From UHGV virus genome UHGV-0391786: a stretch of 39,231 nt of DNA. One strand, written 5' to 3'. The notes under the pieces are model-generated. The model saw nothing but the letters and a program-made list of their open reading frames with translations. It searched no databases and was not told the DNA's origin. The translations under genes and the position numbers were made by a program. Below, in pieces: positions 36,739-39,231 of the stretch. Positions within the stretch are counted from its first letter, which is position 1; every line of letters begins with the position of its first letter. This stretch comes from a virus.

Positions 36739-36800
36739 AGTCGATCTCCTTTCTTAAATACTCGGCATTGGCAGATGCCTGTAAGCAAATTATAGGAGAT

Positions 36801-36995
36801 ATGGAAACAAATGACAATAAAGATTCACAAGAAAGAGGTGTGGTAAAAATCAACTGGAATAAATTTTCGGAGTTGTTTGAAATTTCCGATGACGAAAAAG
36901 AATTTTTTGAAATGATTTATCGAAGACGCACCATATACAGATGCGTCATAGGAATTCTGATAATCATAATAATCGTGTTGTTATTAACGAGGTAA
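36801..36995 (+). CDS. small membrane protein (C-terminal TM helix), start uncertain (TTG 36768 or ATG 36801)
   Basis: Hydrophobic C-terminus CVIGILIIIIIVLLL; weak RBS. Confidence 0.35.
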   Translation: METNDNKDSQERGVVKINWNKFSELFEISDDEKEFFEMIYRRRTIYRCVIGILIIIIIVLLLTR

Positions 36996-37290
36996 TAACT
37001 GACGCAACGATGGAAATTATAAGCGGCCAAAGCTTACTGTCAAAGAATTTCTTTCTACGGTAAGCGCAGTAACGGAAGTATTTTTCGGTAAGAGAAAAAG
37101 TTCTTTCTGGCGCTTCATCAGCTGGAGTTGTGTCAACAAAAGAATAATTGCTTGATATTAGTTTATATCCCATTAGAGGTTTTTCGGATTTGCCAAGAAA
37201 ACCTGATGTAACTGTTTTCTTAAACCTCATACAGAACAACTTAAATTTTTCTGGGAATAGCAAGCAAATTTCATCAAAATCAGAACTCAT
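36964..37290 (-). CDS. hypothetical protein with C-terminal TM segment, 108 aa
   Basis: AAAGGAGAAAAAG RBS on the minus strand. Confidence 0.45.
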   Translation of the reverse strand: MSSDFDEICLLFPEKFKLFCMRFKKTVTSGFLGKSEKPLMGYKLISSNYSFVDTTPADEAPERTFSLTEKYFRYCAYRRKKFFDSKLWPLIISIVASVITSLITTRLL

Positions 37291-37340
37291 ACTTTTTCTC
37301 CTTTGTTTTTGATAACTACATTATAAAGGAGGGAGAAAGG

Positions 37341-37374
37341 TAAAACAAGATAAAACGAGATAAAACAAGATAAC
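37341..37374. repeat. three tandem 10-bp repeats (TAAAACRAGA) upstream of the antirepressor gene
   Basis: taaaacaaga taaaacgaga taaaacaaga taac immediately before the antirepressor RBS. Confidence 0.6.
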
Positions 37375-37384
37375 AGGAGGTAAT

Positions 37385-38194
37385 ATGAACGAATTAAAAA
37401 TTTTTAATAATGAAGAGTTCGGTAAAATCCGAACAGTGACAATTGACAATGAACCGTGGTTTGTGGGGAAAGATGTGGCAGAAGCATTGGGGTATGTCAA
37501 AGCAAGAAATGCCATTGCAAATCATGTGGAAGAAGATGACAAAAAGGATGCCCCAATTCAGGGCGGCCTTGGTGGCACTCAATCGATGACGATCATTAAC
37601 GAATCCGGTCTTTATGCCCTTATCTTCGGTAGCAAGTTGGAATCCGCAAAAGAATTCAAACACTGGGTGACATCCGAAGTTCTTCCAGCACTCAGAAAGA
37701 CGGGCTCTTATGAAATGCCAAAGAAGAAGCAAAACAACGAACGTCTTGCCAGTGTGAACAATGCAGTAAAGATTTTAACGCCGATGCTCCAAGCAGCAGG
37801 GTGCAACAGTAAAATCCAGCTCCTGACCGCGAAATCGCTTTATGAGAAAGCAGGAGTAAATCTGCCGATCAGGATTGAAGCGGATCAGCAGTATGTGGAT
37901 ACGGTACATATCGCAAGGCAGGCAAGACTTTACTTTCAGAGTTCAGGCAAGCCGGCAGACAAAGCTGTGAATGAGATTATTCGTAGGTTAGATTTGTCAG
38001 AAGACATGTATACGGAAACATGGGAATCCAAAGGAAAGTGGCAGGGGACTGTTAGAAAATATGCTCCAGAAGTGATCGATATGGTAAAGCAGTGGTACGC
38101 CGACAACGGATATCCAAGAGAAATCTCATACACACAGTGCGATGGGCAGATAAAGAAATATCATGTGATCGTCAGAGATTCGGATGTTAATTAA
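37385..38194 (+). CDS. phage antirepressor (BRO-N domain plus KilA-C-like C-terminal domain)
   Basis: N-terminal LKIFNNEEFGKIRTVTIDNEPWFVGKDVAEALGY typical Bro-N; CAGGAGG RBS. Confidence 0.85.
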   Translation: MNELKIFNNEEFGKIRTVTIDNEPWFVGKDVAEALGYVKARNAIANHVEEDDKKDAPIQGGLGGTQSMTIINESGLYALIFGSKLESAKEFKHWVTSEVLPALRKTGSYEMPKKKQNNERLASVNNAVKILTPMLQAAGCNSKIQLLTAKSLYEKAGVNLPIRIEADQQYVDTVHIARQARLYFQSSGKPADKAVNEIIRRLDLSEDMYTETWESKGKWQGTVRKYAPEVIDMVKQWYADNGYPREISYTQCDGQIKKYHVIVRDSDVN

Positions 38195-38253
38195 AAACGT
38201 AGGACAACATACGTAGGACGATCAACCGGCATACAGTAAAGAGGGGTGGTGAA

Positions 38254-38406
38254 ATGAAAGGAATCGAAGTAGTAAGCATGATTAAAATCAATGGATCTTG
38301 GATAAACCAAGAGGATTTAAACCGAGAGGAACTTTCTCAAATCTTGGAGAAAAAATTAGATGAAACGATGAAAAATATAGGATTCGAAAGAAGAAAAACC
38401 GCCTAG
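38254..38406 (+). CDS. hypothetical small protein, 50 aa (below the ORF-track threshold)
   Basis: GAGGGGTGGTGA RBS before ATG 38254. Confidence 0.4.
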   Translation: MKGIEVVSMIKINGSWINQEDLNREELSQILEKKLDETMKNIGFERRKTA

Positions 38407-38428
38407 GCGGTAGATGGGAGGACAAGCT

Positions 38429-38617
38429 ATGAAAGTTAAAGGAACTTACCATTGCCAGACTACTCAGCAGCCCAACACATTAAATAGCTGGGATATCCGG
38501 TCAGTCTCCGTAGAGCTGCCAGAAGAAAAGGACAAGCCTTACTGGCATAAGGTTGCAGCAGCTGTGATCGGGTTTGTGCTGGTGCTACTGGCGTGGTATC
38601 TGGTGGTTGGGTATTAA
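38429..38617 (+). CDS. small membrane protein (C-terminal TM helix), 62 aa
   Basis: GGGAGG RBS before ATG 38429; AAAVIGFVLVLLAWYLVVGY. Confidence 0.45.
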   Translation: MKVKGTYHCQTTQQPNTLNSWDIRSVSVELPEEKDKPYWHKVAAAVIGFVLVLLAWYLVVGY

Positions 38618-38700
38618 AAATGAGCACCTACGAAAAGGGTAGATGTAGGTACTCAGGTAAAAAATCAATTTAATTTTAAGCGAAAAGGAGAGAAATGTAA

Positions 38701-39231
38701 ATGAAAAAATTTGAATTAACCAGCGAATTTGTAACTTTTTTAGGAAAGACGCTCTTTAGAATCAAGGCTCTTGTGTCGTTTGGTGATGTAGCAGAGGGAG
38801 AATTGGGCGGATTTATAGAAAGGGAGAATAATCTTGACCAGTCCGGTGACGCTTGGGTATACGGTGATGCTTGGGTATACGGTGACGCTCAGGTATGCGG
38901 TGATGCTCGGGTATACGGTGACGCTCAGGTATGCGGTGATGCTCGGGTATGCGGTGATGCTCGGGTATACGGTGACGCTCAGGTATGCGGTGATGCTCGG
39001 GTATACGGTGACGCTCGGGTATACGGTGACGCTCAGGTATGCGGTGACGCTCAGGTATTCGGTAACGCTTGGGTATGCGGTGACGCTCGGGTATACGGTG
39101 ACGCTCAGGTATGCGGTGACGCTCAGGTATTCGGTAACGCTTGGGTATGCGGTGACGCTTGGGTATTCGGTAACGCTTGGGTATGCGGTGACGCTCAGGT
39201 ATGCGGTGATGCTCGGGTATACGGTGATGCT
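38701..39231 (+). CDS. hexapeptide (Y-G-D-A-x-V) repeat protein, N-terminal part; 3'-partial at the window edge, continues in frame at 1..324
   Basis: AAAGGAGAG RBS; unique N-terminal 50 aa then about 20 perfect 18-nt coding repeats, matching the [LIV]-G-x-x-[AS]-x left-handed beta-helix hexapeptide pattern. Confidence 0.7.
   Translation, partial: MKKFELTSEFVTFLGKTLFRIKALVSFGDVAEGELGGFIERENNLDQSGDAWVYGDAWVYGDAQVCGDARVYGDAQVCGDARVCGDARVYGDAQVCGDARVYGDARVYGDAQVCGDAQVFGNAWVCGDARVYGDAQVCGDAQVFGNAWVCGDAWVFGNAWVCGDAQVCGDARVYGDA
38851..39231 (+). repeat. tandem 18-nt repeat array (tgg/cgg/cag gta tac/tgc/ttc ggt gac/gat/aac gct), continuing at 1..100
   Basis: About 21 consecutive 18-mers at the window end and about 5.5 at the window start, with codon-level variation only at x positions. 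Confidence 0.9.

Noticed and set aside
38395-38410. Perfect palindrome CCGCCTAGGCGG at the end of the small ORF 38254..38406
   Set aside because: With a 2-nt loop it cannot form a stable hairpin terminator and no T-tract follows. It is probably coincidental or a restriction-site-like palindrome.
38851-39231. Regular short repeats that could be mistaken for a CRISPR array
   Set aside because: The units are contiguous 18-mers with no spacers. They are in frame and encode hexapeptide repeats within an ORF that has an RBS, so this is a coding tandem repeat.

Overview
The window reads as a complete, circularly permuted genome of a temperate siphovirus-like phage (or an excised or complete prophage) from a low-GC Firmicutes host, probably Clostridia. 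Evidence for the host: AGGAGG-type ribosome-binding sites, TTG/GTG starts, and ChW cell-wall-binding repeats in the endolysin. All calls below are by eye from the sequence; no searches were run. The first ORF (1..324) and the last ORF (38701..39231) are two halves of one gene that is in frame across the window ends. It is built from about 26 tandem 18-nt units encoding Y-G-D-A-x-V hexapeptide repeats.

Gene order on the + strand:
- Early/recombination module: Gp157-like, Rad52/ERF-like single-strand annealing protein, NinB/Orf-like and the RusA Holliday junction resolvase.
- Replication: a replisome organiser carrying internal GATA-rich iterons, and a DnaC-like helicase loader.
- Many small zinc-ribbon ORFs, including two Lar-like restriction-alleviation paralogs.
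- ArpU-like late regulator, then a structured noncoding region with a terminator and tRNA-Asn(GTT).
- Packaging and head: terminase small and large subunits, SPP1-type portal, MuF-like minor head protein with a C-terminal extension, Prp protease, scaffold, major capsid and a collagen-like small protein.
- Tail: head-tail connectors, major tail protein, tail assembly chaperone pair with a -1 frameshift, 994-aa tape measure, Dit, and a 1610-aa Tal/receptor-binding protein full of collagen-like and repeated modules.
- Lysis: holin and an Amidase_2 endolysin with ChW repeats.

An AT-rich lysogeny/accessory region follows on the - strand:
- Large serine integrase.
- A two-gene nuclease operon (PD-(D/E)xK HsdR_N-like protein, then a membrane-anchored HNH protein). 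This is the best candidate for a novel defence or exclusion system.
- ImmA metallopeptidase and an XRE/CI-like repressor.
- Divergent from these: cro-like and further HTH genes, small ORFs and a BRO-N antirepressor.

Other notable signals:
- Matching -1 frameshift-like signals (G-run, then a hairpin, then an identical 22-mer) at the 3' ends of the major capsid and major tail genes. They encode a conserved roughly 20-aa extension.
- A shared LQLFA Prp-cleavage-like motif in scaffold, capsid and major tail protein.
- A promoter-hairpin-terminator small-RNA candidate next to the integrase.
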